DNA of 63,425 bases, filler included, from Thelocarpon superellum (taxonomy: Eukaryota), in NCBI GenBank assembly GCA_026025795.1. It is 9 parts of 9 records of this genome, joined end to end, with 100 filler letters (N's around TTAATTAATTAA, not from the genome) between each part and the next. Parts side by side here need not be neighbours in the genome. Positions count along the whole stretch, not along the records: positions 7,122 to 14,135 come from JAPEUG010000649.1; positions 14,236 to 21,245 come from JAPEUG010000650.1; positions 21,346 to 28,308 come from JAPEUG010000651.1; 6 more parts are not named here. One strand, given 5' to 3'. The notes under the pieces were generated by a model. The model was given only the letters and a program-made list of their open reading frames with translations. It searched no databases and had not been told where the DNA came from. Positions 13,480 through 23,143 of the stretch are shown piece by piece. Position 1 is the first letter of the stretch; each line of letters begins with the position of its first letter. The translations under genes and the position numbers were made by a program.

Positions 13480-14135
13480 CGTGTGCGCAACAGGAAGGGG
13501 AGGCGCGACGGTGGCCCGTCGGAGCCCCGGGCCTGCGTGATCGGGCTTGCGCAGTTGTCGGTGGTGCTTGCCGCTACCGCTGGCTCTTCAGCTGGCTCAC
13601 ATCACCGAGTTCGGCACGAGGAGGTGGCGCCCGGTGTGGTAGGAGTTGTCCACGATCGAGTGGCTTCGAGCCCTCAACCGCCTCGAGGAGGAAAGGAAGC
13701 GATGCAGAGAAGGGGAGGAAGTAGCAGGGAGGCAAGCGATGCCAGCGGGCAAGAAAGCACGAGGCAAGAATGGGCAAGGCAGGTCCAAGGGATGATGACG
13801 GGGACGGCGACGATGGCGCTCCGTGCACTTTTTGGGAGTGTCCGGCCTAGAGACAGGGTGGCCCTTAAGCGACCAAATGATGCCGGTGCAAGCGACGGCG
13901 AAGAGGTCGGGGAGAGGGGAGGGGGAAATCCAGTGAGGTGAATGGCGCACTTTCACCCCAGCATCGAAGGACCGACCGCCGGGACAGTCTAGAGCGTGCT
14001 TGGATTGGTTGATGGGCCCGCCGTTGGAGAGCCAAAATGCCAGCACTACTACAGCGATGAGAACAAGCACGAGTAAGGGCTCTCGGACCGCATGGGATGT
14101 CTTACAACCGCCCACCACGACTACGACTACGACTA

Positions 14136-14235
14136 NNNNNNNNNNNNNNNNNNNNNNNNNNNNNNNNNNNNNNNNNNNNTTAATTAATTAANNNNNNNNN
14201 NNNNNNNNNNNNNNNNNNNNNNNNNNNNNNNNNNN
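14136..14235. other. Artificial contig linker
   Basis: N44-TTAATTAATTAA-N44. Confidence 0.98.
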
Positions 14236-15560
14236 TGGATCTGGAGCAGCAGCAGCCACAGGGGCAGCTGGTCGAGCGAGGCGGCGTCGAGCGCGGCGAG
14301 CAACCAGTCAAAGTAGTGCTCGCGGTCGAGGAGATGCGCGGCGAAGAGATGCGCGGTCAGGCGAATGGTGTAGTCCATCTGCGCCTTCCAGTCCTTCTGG
14401 CCGCAGGCGTCGACCATGCTCTCGAGGAATTGCTCGACGTTGATGGTCCAGTCGCGCACCCACTTGACCTCGCCGCCGACGGCAAAGGTGCCGCCCGCGC
14501 CCTTGCGCCGGAAGGCGCGCATCTCGTTGGCGCCGACGCACTTGGCCAGCCAGACGGCGCGTTCCACGGGCACGTACTTGCCCAGACACTGCTCGAGCAG
14601 GCCCTTGCCGCGCACGCCGTGGGGGATGGTGCGGCTGAGGCGGCGCAGCGGCACGGCGGGGCTGGCTAGATCGCGCAGCCAGGTCTCGCGCTTGGTGTCG
14701 GTGAGGGTGACGCGGGGCGGGGGTTTGAAGGAGGAGGGCGCGGTGACGCGGTGGCGTTGCTGTCGTTGCTCGAGTACCGAGACGAAGAAGGTGGACAGAC
14801 GCTTCAGGCCCCGGCGATGCTTCAACACGGGCAAGAGGACGTTGCGCGCCGTCAGCTCCTCGCGCGAGATCTGCGTCTTGTCGAAGAAGCCCTGTCGGAT
14901 GACGAAGTCGGACAGTTTGTCTTCCGGGTGGTGGCCGACGTAGGGGAAGAAGTCGGCGCGCTTCTTGGGCCCGAGATGCGGTGCGGCCGGCGATGGCTCC
15001 ATGACATATGGCCGGCCGACGGGATCGGGCGTTTGGCCCGCCGGGCCGCGGACTATCTGGTTCGAGGGGCGGCGCGCCTCGACCGGCACCATGGAGCCCG
15101 GGCGATAAGGCATCGGGGGCGGGGCGCCGGGGGCGGCCGCATCGGATAGGGCTGACGACGAGGGGTCAGATGCACCTGCAGATGCCGCGCCGGTCGGTCC
15201 AAAGCGCAGCTGAGGTTTTCCGCGCGGCGCATCGATGGGGCCGGGCTTGGGCGGGGCCGCGAAGGTGACAGATTTGGGTGGCGGCCCATCCTCGCTCGGA
15301 CGGCGTGGGACATCCAGCCTCAACGAGGAGGCAAGGGGCTTAGCTGCGCCGGCCGTGGACGCGGTCTGGCGCGACCGGGTGGATTTGGAGGCTTCGCCAG
15401 TCAGATGGATCGGATCAGGCCGTTTCGTCGAGGCCGTCGAGGGAGCGCGGGACGGAAGCGTCGCGGCGGTGGCTGGGCCTGGCGGACGCGGTGGACCGGT
15501 GGCCGTGGCCGAGGGTGCGTGCTGGGACCGCGGCGGGGCCAGCGATGGTCGAGCGGTCAT
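14236..15560 (-). CDS. MED12: Mediator kinase-module subunit Med12/Srb8, N-terminal part (cut at contig end)
   Basis: Med12 domain FKPPPRVTLTDTKRETWLRDLASPAVPLRRLSRTIPHGVRGKGLLEQCLGKYVPVERAVWLAKCVGANE. Probable start MTARPS at 15560. The frame runs into the linker. Confidence 0.92.
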
Positions 15561-17443
15561 GGCAATGGGGCGGCGAGCATCGTGGGGGAAGCATGTAGAC
15601 ACTGCGCGACCCAGACGTGATGAGGACCCGGACGTGGTGACGGGAGCGGAGGACGTGGGCGACGATGCGAAACGGTGGTGGACGGGGGCGGCGGGGGTCG
15701 GTGGTGCGATGCGCCCCGAGCACGAGCAGACGCAGGCCACCAGCCTTGTGTGACGTTACGCGGACGACGGGCGACTTTTTTGCGCGCGCGCGCCAGATGC
15801 GAGGCAATCACGCGATTGAGGTAGCGATAGGGTGGGTCGGGGAGAATGAGCTCGAGGCACGCAGGACGGCGCCGGTGCCGCAAGGCGAGGGTTGAGTGGA
15901 TGGCGGTCGAAGCCGGAGCCAGATCGGGAAGTGCAGCTGCGATGCGATGCGCGCCGTCCGGGCTGACTGGCACCGGAGGACGGAGCGGCGCGGTGGAGTG
16001 GTCGTTGGCAGTACGTTAGGGATATGCGAGGGTCTGCCCGGGTCCGCCGCTCGGCTGATCGGCGATCCTAGACGGGGAACGAGGGACTGGGAAGGCCTGG
16101 GCCAATTCGTGACGAGTTGTCGAGCGCCTGCCAGGTGCGCCGGAGCGTCGGCGTGGCGGATCTGGCAGCGCTCGCAGGTCGACTGGCGCGGACCTGGGCG
16201 TGGGCGTGGGCGTGGGCGTGGGCCTGGACGGTCGGCTTATCGAATGGTAGCGTCGACGTCAAACGCATCGGGGTGCGTGGGACGCCTTTCCTCGTTACGA
16301 TGACCTGCAGCGTCGGGTGCTGGGATGGAGGTGGGAGGGTGGGCGACTCCAGCGTCGGATGGTCGGCTGGCCTTCCGCAGCCGACGGGGCACGACGGAGA
16401 GCGCGTGCGACGAGCCTGAGGATCGGGGAATTGGAAGATTGGGGGATCGGGGGTCGAGGGATCGAGGGCACTGTGAGCCTGTCGTCGTTGGCCCTCAGCG
16501 CACCGTATTGACACTTGGCGCGATTCCTGTATCTTGGATTCCTCGACCTCGACCTGTCTGTTGCTCACCCCTCATCTCCCATGCTTTTCTGCAGCCTGCT
16601 GGCGCCCGAATTAAGGCGAAGGCGATCCATGGTCACGCACGGGCTGGGGGTGGGTGGAGCCCTCGCCTCGTCCGGGGGTTGGTGCAGGTTCCGGCCTGAC
16701 TAAATTAGTGAGACCCTCGAGGGGGGCGCGGTCATGGGTCACGTGAGCGATAACGCACGTGACGGGGCTTGCTTAGCTAAGGAAGGAAGGAAGGGCTACT
16801 TATTGTTCCGGCCAGAGGCCGGCTAGCTAGAGACCTACACGCACCTTCTAGGTGCAGACAATAATAGGAAACCAGCCTATGGCCGGTAACCCTGCTAAAG
16901 ATCTTCGCCCGAGGGCCACGGTGGCGTCTCGATGTTTCATTGTTTCGCATCACAACAGATCTGAAGGGTAGTGACATGCTCCGAGCCTATATTCGACCTT
17001 ATCTCGTTGGCAATGGGTGGCTTAACACAATCCAGCATCGCATTAAAGTGCGCCGGAATATGACATAATCAACTGACGGCACGCTAAAATTTTCGTCGAC
17101 CATTGCAAGATGCAGGGGATCCGAGGAAAGTGTAGGGGATCCAGAAAAGGGTAGGCGAGCCATGCTAACGTGGCGCCGTAAGGAGCCAGAAATAGACCGG
17201 GATATTGGGATACTGGAGGACCACGCACGTGACTTAATCACGTGCGACCGCATTCATCATCTCAGCTACGCGGAGGTTCTACAACTCAGCTCTGATTCCT
17301 ACAATGCCATAGTTGGTTGAAAGTAGTGTTTCCTGCGACTTGAAGGCGCGTTTAGTCCTCGTCTCCGTAACAGTAGCGCCTGAAACGGAGGACTCTTCGC
17401 GCCGTCGGTATACTCCAGCAGGGTCACTGAGTGTTCCACTATC

Positions 17444-17690
17444 TGTGAGGCTACGAGCTCCACGCCTCGATGCGAGGATAGGAGAGGTCATGTGATTATC
17501 ACGTGATATAGCACATGACCTGGCACCCTGTATATAAATCAAGTCCCGCTGTGAGCGAGCAGAGCCCCAGTGTACAACTCAAGTAGCACAAGGAGGCTAG
17601 GAATAGGTCTATAACCCCTAAGGAGCCATAGAGTCAACTCCTATTGACGACGTCTACTGTTTCCGCCTAGCTGGAGGCCTCGTCGTCACA
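17444..17690 (+). mobile_element. Putative solo LTR / LTR relic (about 247 bp)
   Basis: TGTGAGG...CGTCACA inverted termini, a near-perfect palindrome centred on CACGTG (about 17485-17521), TATATAAA at about 17531, TpA-rich. No matching target-site duplication and no second copy in the window. Confidence 0.45.
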
Positions 17691-18055
17691 GTGGCCATGT
17701 AATTGGTCTGGAGGCACCCAAGCAGAGTTTTAACTGCTAGCCTTGATACTATCTACACTGTAGTCTCCCCGCGCAACAGGTGTACTATCGAACCGCGGTC
17801 AGGAGACTACGTCCCGTGACCAGGATGCTACTATGCGTCAACGTTTCTTTGTGCCATCCTCACCATGTTTGCAAGTAGCGAGTACCAGGCGGCTGGGCCA
17901 GCACGACTGACTTACAGAGGTTACACCCCATAGGAAGATGAGGTCACCATGTCCGCTCCATTACTCGAGATTGCATATGTTGAAGAGAGAATGACATGGT
18001 GCCCGCAGCCTGGGGGAGCGGTTCATGCCAGGTTGTAGCGACGTCTCCAACACCA

Positions 18056-18591
18056 TCAGAACCCAGCATTGACGACCGTCAGGCCGCTCTCCGCCATTGC
18101 GTGGATCCAATCGACCCGCGTGACGTTTTCACACGCCATTTGCTGTTTGTAGACGAGAGCTATGCGTGTATCGTACTGCCTTGGCGACGGTGCCATGAGC
18201 CTCACGAGGACCAGTGGAATCGTGTACCCTCGATCGATCGGCGTCGTGGGAGATTGGTATCCTTGGAAGACACCGGGAGTCGGATACAACATCAGGTTCG
18301 GTGATGCACGCACCGGGGTGTCATGACATGGCATTTGATACCCACGCTCCACACATGCCGGACGTAGCCGCTCGTGGCCCAGGATCCACGCTGTAGAGCT
18401 GGCACAGCAGATCCGCCGGAAGGGAGGCACTGACCACAAGAGAAATGGCCTCGCTGACAGGGAGCACAGGCGCGACGAGCCTTCTGGCGTCGCGGTGGAA
18501 CGGGTACGGCGGAGCTGCTGGCTTGCACACTGGCTTCCGCCGATGGCTGGCTCTCGGAAGGGTCGTTGCAAGTTTGCGTGGGTTCGTCCAT
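18056..18591 (-). pseudogene. Degenerate Zn(II)2Cys6 (Rds2/Ert1/AcuK-like) gene
   Basis: RRQKARRACAPCQRGHFSC|(G)HERLRPACVERGYQMPCHD, with the 4th Cys replaced by Arg. Intron donor at 18434. No recognisable downstream domain. Confidence 0.55.
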
Positions 18592-20912
18592 GTTGGCCGG
18601 CTCTTTGCAACAAATGGGGAGAGAAGGAGAGAAGGGGGGAAGAGTGAAGGAGGGAAGGAGGAAAAGAGAGAAGATGAGCTTCACGAATTAGCCCACACCT
18701 CGACGGCGATGACGCGACAATGATCAGAGCTGAAAGCGAGAGGGCATGGTCAAGATACTGTCAGATGGGAGGGAGAATCTGGAGAGCGAGGTGGTGCGAG
18801 GGGAAGCGGTGGTGTTGGCTGGTGAGCCCATGGCCGTGCTGAACCGAGCAATAGGAGAGGCGCCCCAGGCTCCGAGGCTTCACGCTACACGCTTCGGGAG
18901 GAGAGGAATGCGTCGGCTGACATTGACGGTGTCCGGTCGGCCGGGTCACCCGATGAGATATCAGATTTGCAGACTCACAAGATCTGCAGGCGAGATGACA
19001 TGAGCTGGCGCAAGGGCTGGCCATAATCGACTGCCTGCATCACCGTCTGCACCAGGCTGCCCAGGTCATATTTGTTGCACGGGGAAGGTGGCGAACGCCT
19101 CGAGTGCACGCCACAGACGGACCTTACGCGTCCTCGTAGTCGATGACGAGGCTATAGCCAGGTGCCACCAAGAGAGGCCCGGGCAGGGGGTGGAGCGAAC
19201 GGAGCAGGGGCATGCGTGAGTGGATGGACCAACCTGCCCAGCTAGTCTAGCGCTCCAGGTCTGCGGATGAGCCCGAAGCTGAAGCGGTTTGTCGGCATGC
19301 GCACGGTAATTGGTCTAGACACAGCCAGCGGCGGAACAAGAAGCATCCGCGCCGCCGTCGACACAAAGAGGGCACTATGCAGGGGCGCCGCCGACCTCGA
19401 CATCATCTCCGCCATCCTTGCTCGCACCTAGGAGCGGTGGGATGAGTAAAGAGTGGTTCCTGGAAGGAGCTCACGTCCTGGAGCATGCATCAGCCGACGT
19501 CCTCCGTTCGGTCCGTCGCCCACGACAGCCGACGAGCTTGAGCGATGCTTCGTGGGGTCAGCTCCTCCCATTGGCTTGGCACAGACCGTTGCACGGCTTC
19601 TGCCGTTGCCCCGTCATGTCTGGCTTGGCTTTGAAATTTGCCAATCACCGTGCTAACGACCTCCATCTGACGGAGCGCGCCCACCGACGCGAACTCCCGC
19701 TCGTCTAGCTGCGCCGCCGCGCAGAGCAGATCATCCCGCGAGGATAAGAGATATGCGACAGCACGGTCAGGCGCCGCGGAACCGTCACCTGCTTGCACTT
19801 GATGCGCCCAAATGCTGGATTCTCATCAAAGGTGTCGCAGGGATACCTGGTGCGGAGCCGTCTTCGCAGCCGTAACCGTCCAGAATCCGTCAGAGGTTGA
19901 GGGAAATGCCAGGGATACTTCTTCGCCATGGTTGCGATGAAATGGCGGAGAAGACAGGCATGGTCTCTGGTTGAGCCCAGTGGCGTGATCCGAGGGACAA
20001 TGTGATGGTGACCACAGTACCCAGACGCGCGCCCTCGGGAAAGCGGGGATGTTGGCGCTCCTGTACCGGTACGAATCCTTCGTACCGCTGGAGCCAAGCC
20101 TACGAGGGTGACATGTTCGCTACCGCGGTGCGCGGTCGGGGCTTGTACTTAGTCGTTCCCAAATAGCATGAAGAGCCCGGCACAGCCCGCAGAGCCGCTC
20201 GGCTACGGAGGCTAAGGCTACCAGCTATTGAGCGGCCAGGGAGCGCCAGCGGTCGAGGAACCGTCACGCCGTTCGGCGGTGAAGTGGCGACGGAGACCAT
20301 CGTTGTACGATACACGGCATGGGAGGGGGCGTGCATAAATGACAGGGCGAGGAAGTCAAGTTGCCACGGGCAGATAAAGGGCTACTTCCCCGAGAGAGCG
20401 AGCGAGGAGCACCCCTTTCAGTTCCACCATTGCAAGACAATCTGCTGCGGAGGGCTCCCACGGATTGTGTGCCAGATCAGATCTTCTCCGGTCGAGCGTG
20501 GGCATCAATCCAAACCAGATGTGGGTGTGCAAATGGATTTGATGGGGTGCATTGTTAGGCCATATCGAAGGAGTACTACTCTAGTACTACTAGCAATCTG
20601 TTAGCACCAAGTAACATACTGTCTGTCGGCTGTTCGGTGTCGCAACTGACCGTCAGTTCCTACGGGCGTCCAGTCATTTCTGCAAGCCCCTCCCGTACGA
20701 GTAAGTCCCCAACTACTCGTGCTCGTATAACCGAGACCTCTTGATAAGAGCTGCCAAGTAGCAGCGGTCGAACGCTCCTCCACGGGTACGACGCTCATTT
20801 GCTCACAGTACGCGACATTGGTCCCACCCACTGAGCGTGATGGCGCTCAAGTGAAGATACGACACGTGACGTGGGCCGGATTGGCTGCCTTGGATAGATG
20901 TGTCTTGGCCCT

Positions 20913-20942
20913 GGGGGGGGCTTGGGGGGGGGGGGGGGGGGG
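20913..20942. repeat. Poly-G tract
   Basis: G8-CTT-G19. Confidence 0.85.
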
Positions 20943-21245
20943 CGCGGCGGCTCACAGGTACAGATAATCTCAAGCGGCGGGTACTCCCCGTTGAGAGCTT
21001 GGTCGGCCCCACGGGTAGTCAGTGCTCGTACCGTAAGTGTAAGCGTAAGCGGCGTGGCGATAAGTCGAGACTCGGGCCGACTGGAACTGCTACCAGGATT
21101 GCTACTCCACTACCACCAGCCTGAGCCACAGCGCTGGCCATCTGGTCGATGTGATATCCTACGGCCCCTCCTGCGAGATGCAATGGGCGATTACGACGTA
21201 GAAGAGGGAGTAAACGAGCTGTACCTGCCCTTCCCTGTGCCCACG

Positions 21246-21345
21246 NNNNNNNNNNNNNNNNNNNNNNNNNNNNNNNNNNNNNNNNNNNNTTAATTAATTA
21301 ANNNNNNNNNNNNNNNNNNNNNNNNNNNNNNNNNNNNNNNNNNNN
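21246..21345. other. Artificial contig linker
   Basis: N44-TTAATTAATTAA-N44. Confidence 0.98.
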
Positions 21346-21780
21346 GTTCCCTCCTCTACCTCTACCTCTGCTTCTGCATCGAACGTCTCGTCGTCTGCTG
21401 CCTCTCCGAGACAGTCGAGGAGGAGTTCCCCCAGGGCTACGCCTGCACCTCTGCCACTTCGACCACGGTTACAGGCGCCGATGCCACCACCGCCACAAGC
21501 TCCAGCTGTTCCATCTCCGGCCCACGCAACCATTACTCCTCCATGGCACACTCAGAACAGATCTCAAGGCCCCGCTGCAGCCGCAGCCGCAAAGGCAAAC
21601 GGTGGATTTGTGCTTCAGCACCAGCATCATCAGTCGCAGCAGCCTCTGCGGCCGTTTCCTTTTCCTCTTCGTCAGGCTCCACATCAAGGGCAACCCCAAG
21701 GACAACCTCAAGGTCAGGGACGAGGACAAGAACGAGGTCAAGGGCAAGGCCAGGGACAAGGCCAAGCCCAACGCATTTGA
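21346..21780 (+). CDS. 3' end of an unidentified gene (Ser/Pro/Gln-rich low-complexity tail with QG repeats)
   Basis: Open frame from the contig start to TGA at 21780, followed by a pyrimidine-rich UTR-like tract. Confidence 0.45.
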   Translation, partial: VPSSTSTSASASNVSSSAASPRQSRRSSPRATPAPLPLRPRLQAPMPPPPQAPAVPSPAHATITPPWHTQNRSQGPAAAAAAKANGGFVLQHQHHQSQQPLRPFPFPLRQAPHQGQPQGQPQGQGRGQERGQGQGQGQGQAQRI

Positions 21781-23143
21781 TTACTTCTTTTCTCTCTTTC
21801 TTTCTTTCTGTCTTCCTCCCTCCTCACTTTCTTTGGCATAGTCTCCTGCGTGATCATTATAGATCGTAGACGATAGAGTAGACCAGATTGAGATTTTCAA
21901 AATTGGAATTGAAGCACGATATTCCCCGCCTCTCCGTTCGCCCCCGTGGCCTGGACCAACCATCCTCTTCACCAGGTACGACCATATTTAGTGGGGGGCT
22001 CCCGAATATACAAATTGGTAGCAAGCAGTCTGGGGTACTCCCTAGTATGTCAGCGTATATATTCAAAGTAAAATGGGGTGCCTCCAGACTCAACAACCCC
22101 CATAGTCTTCGACCGTAGAGTTGGAGGATGCACAGACGAGCGCCATACAATTCGTAAGCCCTTGTCTCCCCTCAACGCCAATGTCAACATGCACACCCGC
22201 GCTTGATCGGGCATTGCCACCTGAGGCGCCATGAGCACACGAATCTTCCTTCGATGTGCTCGGATTGCGTTCCAGGCGACCTTCTTCGCAGAGAATCCTT
22301 CCTGGCCGACATCGTGTGCCAAAGGGTGATGGGCTGAGACTTCCACTGAACGACGGACTTCGCACACACCCAAGGAGAATCTGACCAGCCACGCCAGCTA
22401 TGCCACTCGGGCTTCGACTGCAACCTTGACCAATCGGACGCGACACGAAGAGCATTCCGCTGGCGTCTTTGAAACATGAGAAGCACTGGTGAGCACCCGC
22501 CGCTACCTTGGAATAACATCTGGCGAAGGGATGGATCGGCAGCTGATTGGATATGCAGCAACCTGATGACTAGACACTTCCTCGCCACTTGGACGTGTCG
22601 TTGATGAAGTACGAAGTACCTTGAGGGTCTCCACTACTGGGATCTCCTTGCTTTCTCTACCGATTGGTCTTGACCATTCCGCGTCGAGGATGTCATGGAT
22701 GCCGTTATCACCTCGTCCCGACCGGAGCGAGGCGGCTTCACGTGGATGGGTGTTCGTAGCCTGGCCGTCTCCAGATGTGCTTGTGTCTCTGCATGGCCCC
22801 AGCGGCTCGTTGCCCCGGATCCACGACTGTCAGCACACTTGCACGCGGGACTGAGACGCTCGTCGCTTGTGCCGAAGGGGCGGTGTCCTGGACACTTGAC
22901 GGTGAGACCCTACATGACCATTGCACACCTTCGAGATATGAGGGAGAGAGAGGAGGGACGCTCTCGGCATGGATTGTGAGTGATGTGTCGAGGCTTTACA
23001 ACCTACAATAATTGATGTCAGGCTGATGTCGTAGAGGATAGGACCCCAGGTATGAAAGAGTGATTGATGTACAATGCATCTCTTACTTTTTCCCCCTCCT
23101 CCAGCATCACCACATTGACCCACCCTCATCCAGTCGAAGTGCG

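Noticed and set aside
17612..17621. TAACCCCTAA as a telomerase RNA template downstream of a TATA box
   Set aside because: It has four Cs rather than the usual TAACCCTAA, sits in a hairpin inside an LTR-like segment, and I could not identify a pseudoknot or CR4/5 domain
21975..22010. TACGACCATA suggesting a 5S rRNA 5' end
   Set aside because: The downstream sequence lacks the 5S internal boxes and helices; I recognised no tRNA, rRNA or snRNA anywhere in the window
21860..23050. Short overlapping ORFs between the partial gene and YPP1
   Set aside because: No recognisable domain, codon bias or consistent splice model
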